Positions 1-12,365 of a stretch of DNA of 64,000 nucleotides are shown here, piece by piece (the stretch's first letter is position 1; each line of letters opens with the position of its first letter). The notes below the pieces were generated by a model. That model was not told the origin of the DNA. It made no database searches and saw only the letters and a list, made by a program, of their open reading frames with translations. Source of the DNA: Eledone cirrhosa (Eukaryota). Position numbers and translations under genes: made by a program. The stretch lies in contig OZ024741.1 of assembly GCA_964016885.1 (NCBI GenBank), positions 61,566,001 through 61,630,000 on the forward strand, read 5' to 3'.

Positions 1-26
1 TATATATATATATATATAATGTATAC

Positions 27-103
<77 letters not shown>

Positions 104-196
104 GTATACAATGTATACATTATATATATATATATATATATATATAATGTATACATTATATATATATATATATATATATAATGTATACATTATATA

Positions 197-258
<62 letters not shown>

Positions 259-295
259 TATACATATATATATATATATACATATATATATAAAA
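1..295. repeat. (TA)n microsatellite with interspersed AATGTATACAT units
   Basis: Direct reading; explains the YI-repeat ORFs. Confidence 0.95.
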
Positions 296-334
296 TTTAC
301 ATATAAATAAAATATACATATAAATAAAATATAC

Positions 335-550
335 ATGGCTGGGGAAAGAATTGCCAGAAAATCCCAGTGGTAGTAAGCCACAGTAGAGGTTGACTAAGGA
401 AGACCACGCCAGAGGTGGTGAGAGCTGAATTTAAATCCCTGGGATTCTCAGAGGAGATGACGAAGGAACGCAACAATTGGAGAGATGATGTGCTGAAAAA
501 GACCCACCCAGCCCATGGGAGCATGGAAAAACAAAAATGATGATGATGAT
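335..550 (+). mobile_element. Degenerate RTE LINE 3' end with (GAT)n tail
   Basis: Decayed RTE C-terminus, then cccatgggagcatggaaaa and gatgatgat as in the intact element's tail. Confidence 0.7.
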
Positions 551-895
551 ATATATATATATACACACACACATATGTATATATATATATATATATATAT
601 ATGTTAGTCTATCACAAGATTAATCCCCCAACTACTGCTGATATTTGATTTCACTTTCACTGAAGCAAAATGAAATTTAATATTCTGCTCTTGAACACAA
701 CACACGACCAATCGAAGAATCAAACTCACAAGATCACAATTATAAGTCCAACACCCTAACTGCTTGACCATGTGCCTTCACACACACGCATATGCTCATG
801 AATCCCCACATCTGCATACATACACTCAGTCATTTTACACTCATACACTCAGACACACAGACATAAGTGAGACTAGTAACAGTTCATTTAATATA

Positions 896-974
896 TAGAG
901 TGTCCCAAACAAATATATACACACTTTGATTAGAATGCTGTTGAAGTATGTATACATTTTTGGGGGACAGCCTG
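896..974. mobile_element. Short Tc1/mariner-type MITE
   Basis: Imperfect TIRs tagagtgtcccaaac...tatacac / gtatacatttttt...gggacagcctg, flanked by TA. Confidence 0.55.
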
Positions 975-2338
975 TATATACTAAAAGTTGCCAAAATATT
1001 CATTTGTGCCTCTCAGTCAAATTTTGACTGTAAAACGCTCATTTTTTTTATTTGTAGTTTTGTAATTATCTTCACAGACAGCTATGAAGCAACAAAAAAC
1101 TTAACAGTCTTGTAAATAACATGAAAATTGGTTCAACAATAATGATTCGCATAGGTTTCTAAAATTACTTCTGGCAATTTGTACAACAATAAAATTTTAC
1201 ACATGTTTTAAATTTACTCCTTGCTCGTTTTGGTTGGGTTGGTAACAAAAGGGTTAATTCTTTTGTTATCAACCTGGCCAAGTCTCTATTTATATGAATA
1301 ACTATCAATTTTAAGTTATAATTTTCCAACATAATTTGATATAAGATCTTTTTTTTAAATTATGTTTCAAATACCATCTTAACCTTTTCACTACCAACTT
1401 GGGCCCAAACCAGCTCTGGTTGTTGGAACTAAGCATTTTAAAGTGTTCCTATTTAAATTAAAGTTTTCCAACATAATTTTATATAAGTCCTATATATTAA
1501 GTAACTATTTTAGTAATGAAAAATAATTTCAGGAAATCTCTCAAAAATGTTCATTAAATTCATTGAAACAGAAATACTGTCATGAAAGGCTTAAAGAAAA
1601 ACATAACTTTTATATTGTTTGATATTGATATTATTATTCCTTCAATACAAACCTTGCTTGAAAAGAACTAACTAAGTTAGACATGTCATGTCGTCCACAT
1701 GAACAACACATACATGCTAAAACAATTGCTTCATGATGAACTTGCTACAGGGAAGAACACAGCTGATGGAAAAACAAAAACACTACAAGGATAGCCTGAA
1801 GGCAACACTGAAAGCCATGAGAATAAGACTAGAAATTGCAGTCAGAAGGAACAGCCAATTATATCGAACTCGTACACAAATTTCACAGATATTTCTTTCA
1901 TTGATCGCCCCAGAAGGAAAGATAAAATGTAAAGCCAACCACAGCAGGAATTCAACGCCAGACTCCACATCAACACAAAAATGAAGTAGAAAAAATGTTT
2001 TTTTTTTTAGAGATCGCAATATTTTAAATTAAATATTTAGTAGGGGTTACCCCCGTGGGCTTCATACTCACTACACAGTTATTTTTGAGGCAATATTTTA
2101 CAGCTGGATGCTTTTCCTGGCACCAACCATTTTAGTTGCCTCTTACAACATACAGGGATAAAATGTGCTTACTCTAAAGGATATATATATATACGCTGCA
2201 AATATATATATATTAAGAAGAGCAAAACAAAGTTTCATAGATAAATCTACTGAATCACCTTTATTTATATAGTGGTAAAAAACTGGGAGGTCATATCCAT
2301 AGTAGTAGAGCACTCAGTCCAAAGGAAATGTTCAGTAT

Positions 2339-2784
2339 AGAGTTGGTTCCACAACAAATTAGCAAACCATACTCGTGGAGCTGTTTTACATTGAACAGAT
2401 TTTCAACCTGTGTATGACTACTGTGAGAACAGACATGTATATGAGCTGACTGGATTCTGCACAATAGACAGTGATAGTTTGATGATGAGGGAGACAACTG
2501 AAATTGGACTGATCCAGGGGAGACAATTTTCATTTGAGTTAGTTCATTCTGGGATAACCATAAATCTTACCAGGAATGAACTAACTCAAACAAAAATTAT
2601 ACCCCCTGCATCAGTCCAATTTAAGTTGTTTCCTTCATCACTAAATTATCGCAGCCTATCGCACAGAATCCAGTCAGCTCATATACACTTCCATTCTCAC
2701 CGCAGCCAATCATGGCTTGAAAACCTGTTTGGTGAAATGTGCATCTTCAAGTATGGTCTGCTAATTTGCTGTGGAACTAACTCT
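2339..2784. repeat. Long diverged inverted repeat (fold-back), arms ~210 bp
   Basis: tttgagttagttcattc (2533) pairs with gaatgaactaactcaaa (2574). ORFs 2291-2533(-) and 2410-2832(+) give near-identical peptides (RIQSAHIH...YGLLICCGTNS). Confidence 0.9.
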
Positions 2785-2821
2785 CTCTCTGTCGTTACAC
2801 ACACACATATATATATATACG

Positions 2822-3205
2822 TATGCAAATAACAAAATAAGATGCTGAGGTTACATAAATCGTTTAATCGTTATAATTATGTCCACAGTTCTCCATGCAA
2901 TCGAGAAGTCCTTCATGCATTTGTTGTTGTTATGAGAACGGTATCCTCAGATGATATCTGATTTATTTGATATGCCGCTGGCAGGAAAAAGACACACATC
3001 CTATTGCTCGCGTGCTAGAGCAACAGATCGTGTGGTTTTGCCTGCCAGCGGCGGCATATCAAATAAATTGGATATCATCTGAGGATACCATTCTCATAAC
3101 AACAACAAATGCATGAAGACTTCTCGATTGTATGGAGAACTGTTGCCATAATTATAACGATTAAACGATTTATGTAACCTCAGCATCTTATTTGTTATTT
3201 GTATA
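2822..3205. repeat. Long near-perfect inverted repeat (fold-back), arms ~185 bp
   Basis: aataagatgctgaggttacataaatcgtttaatcgttataattatg pairs with cataattataacgattaaacgatttatgtaacctcagcatcttatt; loop near 3010-3017. Confidence 0.95.
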
Positions 3206-3235
3206 AAAATCTCCAACATAACTAAAAACAACGAT

Positions 3236-3289
3236 TGTTGAGAGCTTTCTCCTGCTTGCTCCTGTTTTTACCAAAACAATCTCTTCAGA

Positions 3290-3292
<3 letters not shown>
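3236..3292 (-). ncRNA. Hammerhead-like motif with enlarged, irregular stem II
   Basis: Minus strand reads UGUU-CUGAAGA-(~32 nt including a tgtttt/aaaaca hairpin)-GAAA-GCUC-UC-AACA. Confidence 0.35.
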
Positions 3293-3327
<35 letters not shown>

Positions 3328-3916
3328 GCATCTATATATATAGACACAGAAAAGGTTTGAGGAATAATTTTTCCCTGCTAAAGCAGAGCTTAGCATTGTA
3401 GACTCCATGACTTGGCTTCATGCTTATCATGATGTCTTTTTGTGGCAATGTTTTACAACCAGATGCTCTTCTTAGTACCAACCCTTTTAGAAAATTCTTA
3501 TAGCGCAGGGATATGGTATACCTATTCAAATCCTGGATACACAATAAAATAATCTAAGGAAGTATAATCCAAAACAAACAAAAAATAATAATAATAATAA
3601 AAACCTAGCATAATTCTTTAGGATAGAGCAATGCTAACTAAATAAGTTCAACACATTCTTTGGCAGATAAAGTCTTGAAGATTTTATAATTCCAGTGGAT
3701 ACCAACTGTCAAGGAGGAAATGACATCTTTGAAAAGTATAATGTCATCAACTCAGAGACATTAACTTCTAAGTCACTGATTAAGATGTTATATGGCTTCT
3801 TTTTGTTGTTTTTGTTTTTGTATTTTTACTCACTATTACACACCTCACACACAGATATATATATGTATATACACACAGACACACACACACATATATATAT
3901 ATATACACACACACAC

Positions 3917-3963
<47 letters not shown>

Positions 3964-4118
3964 TACACACACACATACACATGCACACACACATATACAC
4001 ACACACACACATATGGAATGTAGAGAAGTGACACATGAGTTGATATATATATATATGTAAAATATTCAAAAAGGAAACAAATTTTCCCTTCTACAAATTT
4101 TTTCCTTTTTTAGTATTT

Positions 4119-4183
<65 letters not shown>

Positions 4184-4184
<1 letters not shown>

Positions 4185-4770
4185 GGCATATCTGAGAGGT
4201 TAAGGTGTTCCCTTTGTAACCATGTGGCTGCAAGGAACTTTGGACAAGTGCCTTTTACTATTGCCTCAGATTGACTAATGCCTTGTGAGTGAAATTTAGT
4301 AGACAGAAACTGCAGAAGCCCGTGGTATACGTGTGTGAGCATATACGTGTTTGTATTTATGTTTATGCTTGTGTTTGTATTTATGTTTATGCTTATGTCT
4401 GTGTCTATGTTCTGTAACTTAGTGGTTCAACAAAAAAGAGAACAATAAAATAAGTATGAAGATCAATGGATATCTTCTTCCTTGCCCACTTATTCCTGAG
4501 AGGGTCGTGGGGGCATAGTCCTCAAACACTCCTTGCAGCAGGCCCTGTAAGAAGCAACCATCTCCAACTGATCCAGCTAGATCCTGAAGTGAGACCAGTC
4601 AAGCTCACACATTTTATTTAACCATCTTGCTCAGGGTCTACCCCTGGGTCTCCTGCCAGCTGGTTTTGCCCATAGAATCTGTCCAGCGATTCTTCCAATG
4701 GATATAATCATCTTAAACAACATGGTGTCCCAGCGTGGCTACAGTCAAATGACTGAAGCCAATAAATGTC
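4184..4770 (+). mobile_element. tRNA-headed SINE family C, interrupted by an RTE fragment
   Basis: Same modules as 11690-11853(-), 47573-47727 and 48510-48705 (gacagaaactgcagaagcccgt; ccccagcatggc..gactgaa tail). Confidence 0.65.
4474..4695 (-). mobile_element. 5'-truncated RTE 3' fragment with 10-bp TSD
   Basis: Minus strand encodes ILWAKPAGRRPRGRP; caatggatat at 4464-4473 and 4696-4705. Confidence 0.75.
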
Positions 4771-5033
4771 AAGGAACATTGTAAAATCAAGAAGCCTAGT
4801 ATTTAGGGTAGTGTACCTACAATTATAAGTTTATGCATTTGATTCCTGGAAAAAACAGGGAGACAAATGTTCCTGAGCAAAATATTTTTTTTTAATGTTG
4901 CTCCTTCTACCAGAAATTGCAACTGGAAGATAGTATCAGCAATGGAAAGCTCTATGGAAACATTATCTCCTTGGTTGTCATTATTTCTGTAGTAGGAAGG
5001 AGTAGGGATTGAGTGACTGATGTTATAAAATAA

Positions 5034-5221
5034 TTGTTTCTACTTTTGGCACGAAGCCAGCAATTACCCCAGTGTATTACTGGTAATTTATTTTATCGAC
5101 CCCATAAGGATGAAAGACAATTTTAACTTTGGCAGGATTTGAACTCAGATTATAAAGGGCCGTAACTCTATGCTGCAAAGCATGGTGTTCGACCCTCTAC
5201 CGATACTGCCAATCCACCGCT
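5034..5221 (-). mobile_element. MetaSINE-like SINE family B with 17-bp TSD
   Basis: tRNA-like head (A box, gagttcaaatcc B box) and Meta-like core ctttcatccttatggggtcgataaaataa..taccag; TSD ctgatgttataaaataa at 5017 and 5222. Confidence 0.85.
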
Positions 5222-7076
5222 CTGATGTTATAAAATAACTAATAGGTAATAATTTCTAACCAATGAGAAAAAACTGTTACATTAGTCTAAGTTTCTTTCT
5301 TAAAGAGAAAATGAAAGGAGCCAATGGTTAGACCGAACCAATGAAACCATGTTTTCATTGGTCTTTTCATTGCCAATACTATCTGTTGGTCATAACTTCA
5401 GGCAGAAGAAAGAAACTCATTACCAGATTGAACCAAGGAAACAATGTAGTGGAACATATATAAGTAAAATGTGCCTCAACACTTTCCTTAGTGAGAGGTT
5501 AGAAGCTCTGATTAAGTACTGACTTGGTCTGTGACAACCCATCCAACCCTCGCTAGCAGGAAACCAGACATTAGATTATAATGATGATGATGGTGAAATG
5601 TTTGTTTCAAATTGTTAAAGCAGACAAGCCATACAAGGAGGAAGAGGAGGGGTGGAGGAGAATATAAGTAATATGGTAAATGGTAAGGTAACAATGAAGA
5701 ATAAATAAAAATAAATCAATGAATGCTTTTACAATATCAGTTTATTGATTTTTTCTTTCCTTCTCCTAAGCTTGACCAACATATTCATTTGGTCAGTATT
5801 ATTCTATGTTTTTGTTTTTGCCTCTCTTGTGGACGAAACCGTTAATGTGCTTACAAGCTTAATTATAATTAACTGGTGGTTGTAGATCAGAGAGGGGATA
5901 CCAAATAGAGCGCCAGACAATCTAGTTAAGATTACTTCCATAGATGTGAGTCATAAAAAGATATGAAGTGGTTCTTTTGAACAAATTCAATTTAAGATTT
6001 TCCAAGACTCCCTCTTTCTAGAATCTATACATGATAATAGATATTGATCAGGTAAATATAGACAACTAAAACAGTGGATATTGTTTTAATAGTTATGAGA
6101 ATCGTTTTAGATTTCTTCAATCTATACATGTAAGTCAGTGTCATAACCTAGTGGGTCAAAGAGAGTGCCCTAACCCATTTGAAAACTTCACATTTGTATA
6201 GTCCATCAAAGACTACACTTTTTTTTTATATCAGTTTCTTAAATCATTTGGTACCAACCCACCTGAAACTGACCATACTTCTATAATACGAAGCTGTTTG
6301 TTTAAAAGTCTTTATATGTATTTAAAAACCTTCCATTATAAATTTCTGTAAGAATCTCTGTTAAGTTATGTTCCATACACCAGCTTGATAATGAGAAAGT
6401 TAGCTATATTATTATTAAATCCCGTCAAACCCTTAACAATTAAAAACATTTTTTGAAAATCCTCAGCAGTGTCTTTCATTAGATATATGTTAATGAAAGG
6501 GAGAAGAGGAAGGGAATTGGCTTTGAGACAAGATGAAAAGAGGAGGAGGAAGGCATTCTAAAACCAGAGACTTAACCTGAACACAAACAACAGAGTGAAC
6601 TCCGCTAAAGGTATCCAAGGACCAGGTGACAGATTAAGTCTACCATCCAACAACAGAATGGACTCTCTTAAAGGTACCTAAGGACCAGGTGGTGATGTCA
6701 AATCAAGTGACAGATTAAGTCTACTCTACCAAGGGCCAGGCAATTGTGCTAAACCAGGTAACAATTTAAATCTACCACCCAAGCTAACCACCATGGTATT
6801 TGAAATCAGAACAGAAAGGGCTGAAACAAACACCACAAGATATTTATCTGCTGTTCAAACAATTCTGCTAGTCTACAGCCATGGACTGCCACAGCAAGGA
6901 TGAAAGGAAAAGTTGACATTGGTGGGATTTGAACACAAACACAAAGAGCCAGATTAAATATATCGAAATATTTCATCCAGCACTCTGAAACTTTTTTAAT
7001 TCTCTGCCTGATGCCAAACAGAATGGCAGATCCATCTCAAAACTACACAAATATAAAGAGTCCCATACAACACATT

Positions 7077-7310
7077 AAATGCACCCGGCCCACACTGTAA
7101 AGTGGTGGTGCTGATGTCACATTAAATGCTCCTAGTACATTCTGTAAAATGGTAGTGCTGGTGCCAAAATAAAATGCACCCGGCCCACACTGTAAAGTGC
7201 TAGGTCTTGTGTCATAATAAAATGCACCCACTACACTCTCTAAAGTGGTAGTGCATGAGCCACAATAAAATATACCCAATACATTCTATAAAGTGGTAAT
7301 GCTGATGCCA
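7077..7310 (+). repeat. Array of ~48-bp units from the RTE/SINE 3' UTR (about 5 copies)
   Basis: Repeated aaatgcaccc..cacactgtaaagtgg units homologous to 23620-23690. Confidence 0.8.
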
Positions 7311-8762
7311 TGATTTGATCTGAATTGACAAGACCCCAGACCTCATTCACTTACTGAGTCAAGTGGAACTTATCAGATTGAACCAAGGAAACAGTGTTTC
7401 CATTAATCTTTCCAATTGCTGATACTATCTACTGGCTGCAACTCCAGGGAGGAGTAACATGAAATAAAACATCTTGCTCAAGGACATCAGGGATTGTCTG
7501 GCCTGGCCTGGGAATCAAATTCACAACCTCATGATTGTGAATCAAATTCCCTAACCACTAAGCCATGCATGCATGATATAATGCACCCAATAAACACTGT
7601 GGCAGGCATTTGGAAGGGCATCCAGCTATAGAAACCATGCTAAAATGTAATGTATGACAAGACATGGTTATCTGATCTGTCACATCTCAAAATGTGATAA
7701 CCCATCCAACCCATGCCAGCATGGAAAATGGACGTAAAATGATGATGATTTAGCATAAACTAACATAAAGGAAGTTGCTCACTACCAGGTCAGATGTGAT
7801 CAATGAAGAAGAAGTATTATTTCCCAGGAAGTATATTTATTCTTGGTATTGTCTCTCAATAAGAATTTATAGATTAAATTGATGTCTCTTTGTTAAGCTT
7901 ACATTTACAATTTTATTGTGACCATTATTATCTCAGAATGTACACTTGCTTCCCGCTTGCTTCTCCTTACGCTGATCTCTGACAAATGAATTCTAGCTTC
8001 GTTAGTATTTCTTAAAATGAATGTCGAAAATAACTTTTATTATTCAACATAATCAAATACTTTTGTTCGTAATACTAGCCGTGTAATAGACTTGTCCTCT
8101 TTGCATTGAAATCGTTCTGCTAGAATTTAATTATAACCTGAATGGTACATGCTTCTCATTGTAATTATGAGCTAATCTACTTCACACTTGAACTACATAG
8201 TCAAATTTGATTGCTTTTCTTCACAATTAGTTTTCAGTCATTTCATGGATTCTATTAATTCTAATGTCTGTCAAGGCACATAAAAATACGAGTACTAATA
8301 AAATTCCACGACGATTTCATTTACATTTGAATATATTTTTATTAAGAGTTTTCTATTGGTCCAACCCTCTATCCAATGGTAACCCTATTTGATAGTTTAT
8401 TTGTTTCCAATATCTACCACTACTACTACTAACAGATGTGGTAATCTATCAGAGTTTTTATCAAATTATTCAAATCCTACACAAAAAATCTCATGAATAC
8501 AAATAAGGCACTGTTTCTTTACTGAAAATATGTCATACCACATAATACAGCACACTACTCCACACCAGTTATCTGAACATATAACTATGATGGGCTATGA
8601 TGGGAAGAAACAATTATTTTTGCTTTTGTTAAGTATTCCTTGTTAATTTCTTCATTTTCAATTGTTGTCTCGATTGTATTAATCAGTTTAGTGGGTGGTG
8701 TGTGTATGTATATATAACCCATGCTAGCATAGAAAATGGACGTTAAATGATGATAACGATGG

Positions 8763-8795
<33 letters not shown>

Positions 8796-8937
8796 TAAAA
8801 AAAAATGTATGACAAGCCAAAGTGAAAAGAGTCCTCCATTGGGACTATACAGTAAAGTTTCAGACTGCTGGATGAAATATTTCGATATATTTAATCTGGC
8901 TCTTTGTGTTTGTGTTCAAATCCCACCAATGTCAACT

Positions 8938-9232
8938 ATCATCATCATCATTTTACATCCACTTTTCCCTGCTTGCAAGGGTGGGACGGGAACTGATTCT
9001 GGCTTGTTTTCTACAGCTGGATGCCCTTCCTAACACCAACCTCATTTACAGTGAGTGCTGGATGCTTTTTTTCCATGGTGCCTCCACGACAACTTTGTAG
9101 TTGAATGATAGGACCCCAGTCCTATCATCTCATTTCTACAGCTGAGTAAACTGAAGCAATGTGAAATAAAGTGTCTTGCTCAAGGAAACAACACATCACC
9201 CGGTCTGAGAATTGAACTCCCAACCTTTCAAT
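8938..9232 (-). mobile_element. SINE family A, 5'-truncated
   Basis: Reverse complement of the 13749-14083 copy; (GAT)n tail. Confidence 0.9.
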
Positions 9233-9239
9233 TGGTAGG

Positions 9240-9283
<44 letters not shown>

Positions 9284-9370
9284 ATAATAATAAATTTGAA
9301 GACTAAAATCCAAAGAGGGCTTGATAAGGATAAATATATATCAAATATATAAGAACCCTAGAGCAAATAT

Positions 9371-10337
9371 TTATTAAAATAACAGATTAAAGTTTAAGCA
9401 AAGAATCGCTGCTTTCACCCTTAGCGGGATCTTCTGAAACTAAAAAAATCAATCTGTGAACGCAGAAGTAAATATTTCGAAAAACATTGCAACCGAAGGA
9501 AAACAGGAAGACGATACTTTGGTTCGTGGAGATGTTCCCTGGCAATGAACGTAAAAAAAGCGAAGATAATACGTCATTATGTGGAACAATGAGAACAATT
9601 ACACGCAAAGACAAAACCATGATTCTCGGTTCAGAGTTAAGAATAATGTAAATAAATTACAGAGGTTATTGAAATCAACAATAATAAATATATACATACA
9701 CGCATCCATAAACGTTCATATGTGTGCAGTCTTTGTATGTGTGCGTGTGTTTTTGTGTACGGGCTTGGCGGATGTTTTCGTGTATGCAAGTGTATGTACG
9801 GTTATGGATGCGTGTATGTATATATTTATTATTGTTGATTTCAATAACCTCTGTAATTTATTTACATTATTCTTAACTCTGAAGGCGAGAATCATTCGGT
9901 TTCCTAAATAGAATATTAGTCTACGACTTCATTTATACCATAAACATAGTTTTGTCTTTGCATGTAATTGCTCTCATCGATCCACATAATGACGTATTAT
10001 CTTCGTTTTTTTTCGTTCATTGCCAGGGAATGTCTCCACGAACCACCTAAATAGAATAGTCTACGACTTCATTTATACCATAAACGTGGTTTTGTCTTTA
10101 CGTGTAATTGTTCTCACCGCTCCAAATAATGACGTATTATCTTTGCTTTTTTCCGTTCATTGCCATGGAACGTCTCCACGAACCAAAGTACCGTCTTCCT
10201 GTTTTCCTTCGGTTGCAACGTTTTTTGAAATATTTACTTCTGCGTTCACAGATCGATTTTTTTTAGTTTCAGAAGATCCCGTTAAGGGTGAAAGCAGCGA
10301 TTCTTTGCTTAAACTTTAATCTGTTATTTTAATAAAT
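9371..10337. mobile_element. Nested fold-back element, probably PLE-derived
   Basis: Outer arms 9371-9621 and 10085-10337; inner arms 9621-9711 and 9802-9892; direct duplication 9904-10045 and 10046-10185. End copies at 34102-34152 and 53238-53345. Confidence 0.85.
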
Positions 10338-10440
10338 AATTATATATATAAATATCTAACCCATGCTAGCATGGAAGAACGGACGTAAAACGGGGATGAT
10401 GATGATGATGATGATGACACATGCACATATATATATATAT

Positions 10441-10785
10441 CATCATTCATCATCATTTCATTTTACGTCCACTTTTTCCCTGCTTGCAAGGGTGGGACAG
10501 AAACTGATTCTGGCTTGAATTCTACAGCTGGATGCCCTTCCTAACACCAACCCCATTTATAGTGAGTGCTGGATGCTTTTTTGCCGTGGCATCTCCACAA
10601 CCACTTTGCAGTGAAATGATAGGGACCTCAGTCCCTATCATCTCATTTCTACAGCTGAGTAAACTGGAGAAATGTGAAAATAAAGTGTCTTGCTCAGGGA
10701 AACAACACATCACCCGGTCTGAGAATTGAACTCACAACCTTTTGATTGCAAGGCCAATGCTCTAACCACTAAGCCATGTGCCTCC
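10441..10785 (-). mobile_element. SINE family A, full length
   Basis: tRNA-like head ggaggcacatggcttagtggttagagc...gagttcaattc, CORE-like ctgagcaagacact segment, RTE-derived tail. Confidence 0.92.
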
Positions 10786-10794
10786 AATATATAT

Positions 10795-11100
10795 ACTTTT
10801 TGGTACAAGGCCAGCAATCACCCAGTGCATTACTGGTACTTTATTTTATCGACCCCGTAAGGATGAAAGGCAAAGTTAACTTCGGCGGAATTTGAACTCA
10901 GAATGGCAAGGACCGTAACTCTATGCATCAAAGCATGGCGTCCGTCCTCTACCGATACTGTCAATCCACCACCATAATATAATATAATATAATATAATTG
11001 TTTCTACTTTTGGCACAAGGCTAGCAAATACCCAGTACATTACTGGTACTTTATTTTATCGACCCCGTAAGGATGAAAGGCAAAGTTGACCTCGGCGGGA
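10795..11100 (-). mobile_element. Two tandem SINE family B copies
   Basis: Repeats of ctggtactttattttatcgaccccgtaaggatgaaaggcaaagtt. Confidence 0.85.
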
Positions 11101-11689
11101 TTATAATATATATATCATTAGATAGCAAATTGGCAAAATTGTCAGAACAGTGAACAAACTGTCTTGCAGTTTTTCTTGACTCATGATGTGAGTTCAAATC
11201 ATAATGAGGTCAACTTTGTCTCCCACCCTTCCATAGTTGACAAAATAAAATATCAAACTAGGGCAGTCAATTAGTGAAATTGTTAGGTGATTGGAAAAAT
11301 GCTTTGCAGTATTTGTTCTTGCTCTTTACATTCTGAGTTCAAATCCTGACAAGGGCAACTTTAAGTTGCCCTTGTGAGGTTGCTATATCCCTGTGCCATC
11401 GATATTTAAACTGTGTTTATAAGTCATTTTGCAAATTTTGTTTAATCCCAGGTCAGCCCTAGTTAAGCACCAGCCCTACCACTTTACAGATTGTACTGTG
11501 TGTATTTTATCATTGCACTGCCACTACCTGTATACAGAGTGTGCTGTCTTATTTTCATGGGATTATTATACTTTATTCTTGCTGAAGTTATTAGAGCACT
11601 ATCTTCATTTAGTCGATCATATCGACCCCAGTTCTTATTTTATCAATCTTTTTTTGTTGATGAACAACTATGTTAACACTCCCTCACCC

Positions 11690-11853
11690 GTGTGTATGAT
11701 GAAAATCTGCAGTTTCTGTCTTCCAAATTCCACTCACAATGTATTGATCAACTCATGACTAAAGTAGAAGACACTGAAAGTGCTGTCCAATGGGACTGAA
11801 CCTAGAGCCATGTGGTTGCATAATGAACTCCTTAACTACACAGTTATGCCTGC
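11690..11853 (-). mobile_element. SINE family C head
   Basis: Reverse complement of the 4184 and 47573 head. Confidence 0.65.
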
Positions 11854-12062
11854 ACATATTTTGTTTCCAGTTTCTATAAAAGAAATACTTAATTGTTTTT
11901 TTTCCCCTGTAGATAATTTGTCCATTTAATCGATTCAGTACTTTTGTTCTTATGCTTCACAAATATTTCTCTCTCTCTGGGGATAATAAACATTTTTTAT
12001 GAGCCTTAGCCTGTCTCTCTGGAACCTAATGCATACAGTATTCTGTTATTTTGCATAGCGTG

Positions 12063-12365
12063 CATAGGGTCGATAAAATAAAGTACCAGTAATGCACTGG
12101 AATAATTGCTGGCCTTGTGCCAAAAGTAGAAACAATTATTTTGCATAGCGTGGGCGGTGGATTAGAAGAATTGGTTGAGCATCAGATAAAATGCCATTGT
12201 GATATTTGTCCTGGTTATTTAACTTTTGTGTTCAAATCCCACTGAAATTAGATTTGCCTTTCATCCTTACATCAATAAAAGAAAACACTAGTAATGCACT
12301 GGAGTAAATTTAATTGACTTTCCCCAGCCCCAAAATTGTTGACTTTGTGCCTAAATTAGAAACCA
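12063..12365 (+). mobile_element. SINE family B: truncated copy with 17-bp TSD followed by an older full copy
   Basis: TSD ttattttgcatagcgtg at 12046-12062 and 12136-12152. Confidence 0.8.

Noticed and set aside
1653-1984. Possible host exon (plus ORF of 83 aa, or minus exon 1744-1653)
   Set aside because: No recognisable domain and no partner exons; splice-like motifs alone are insufficient.
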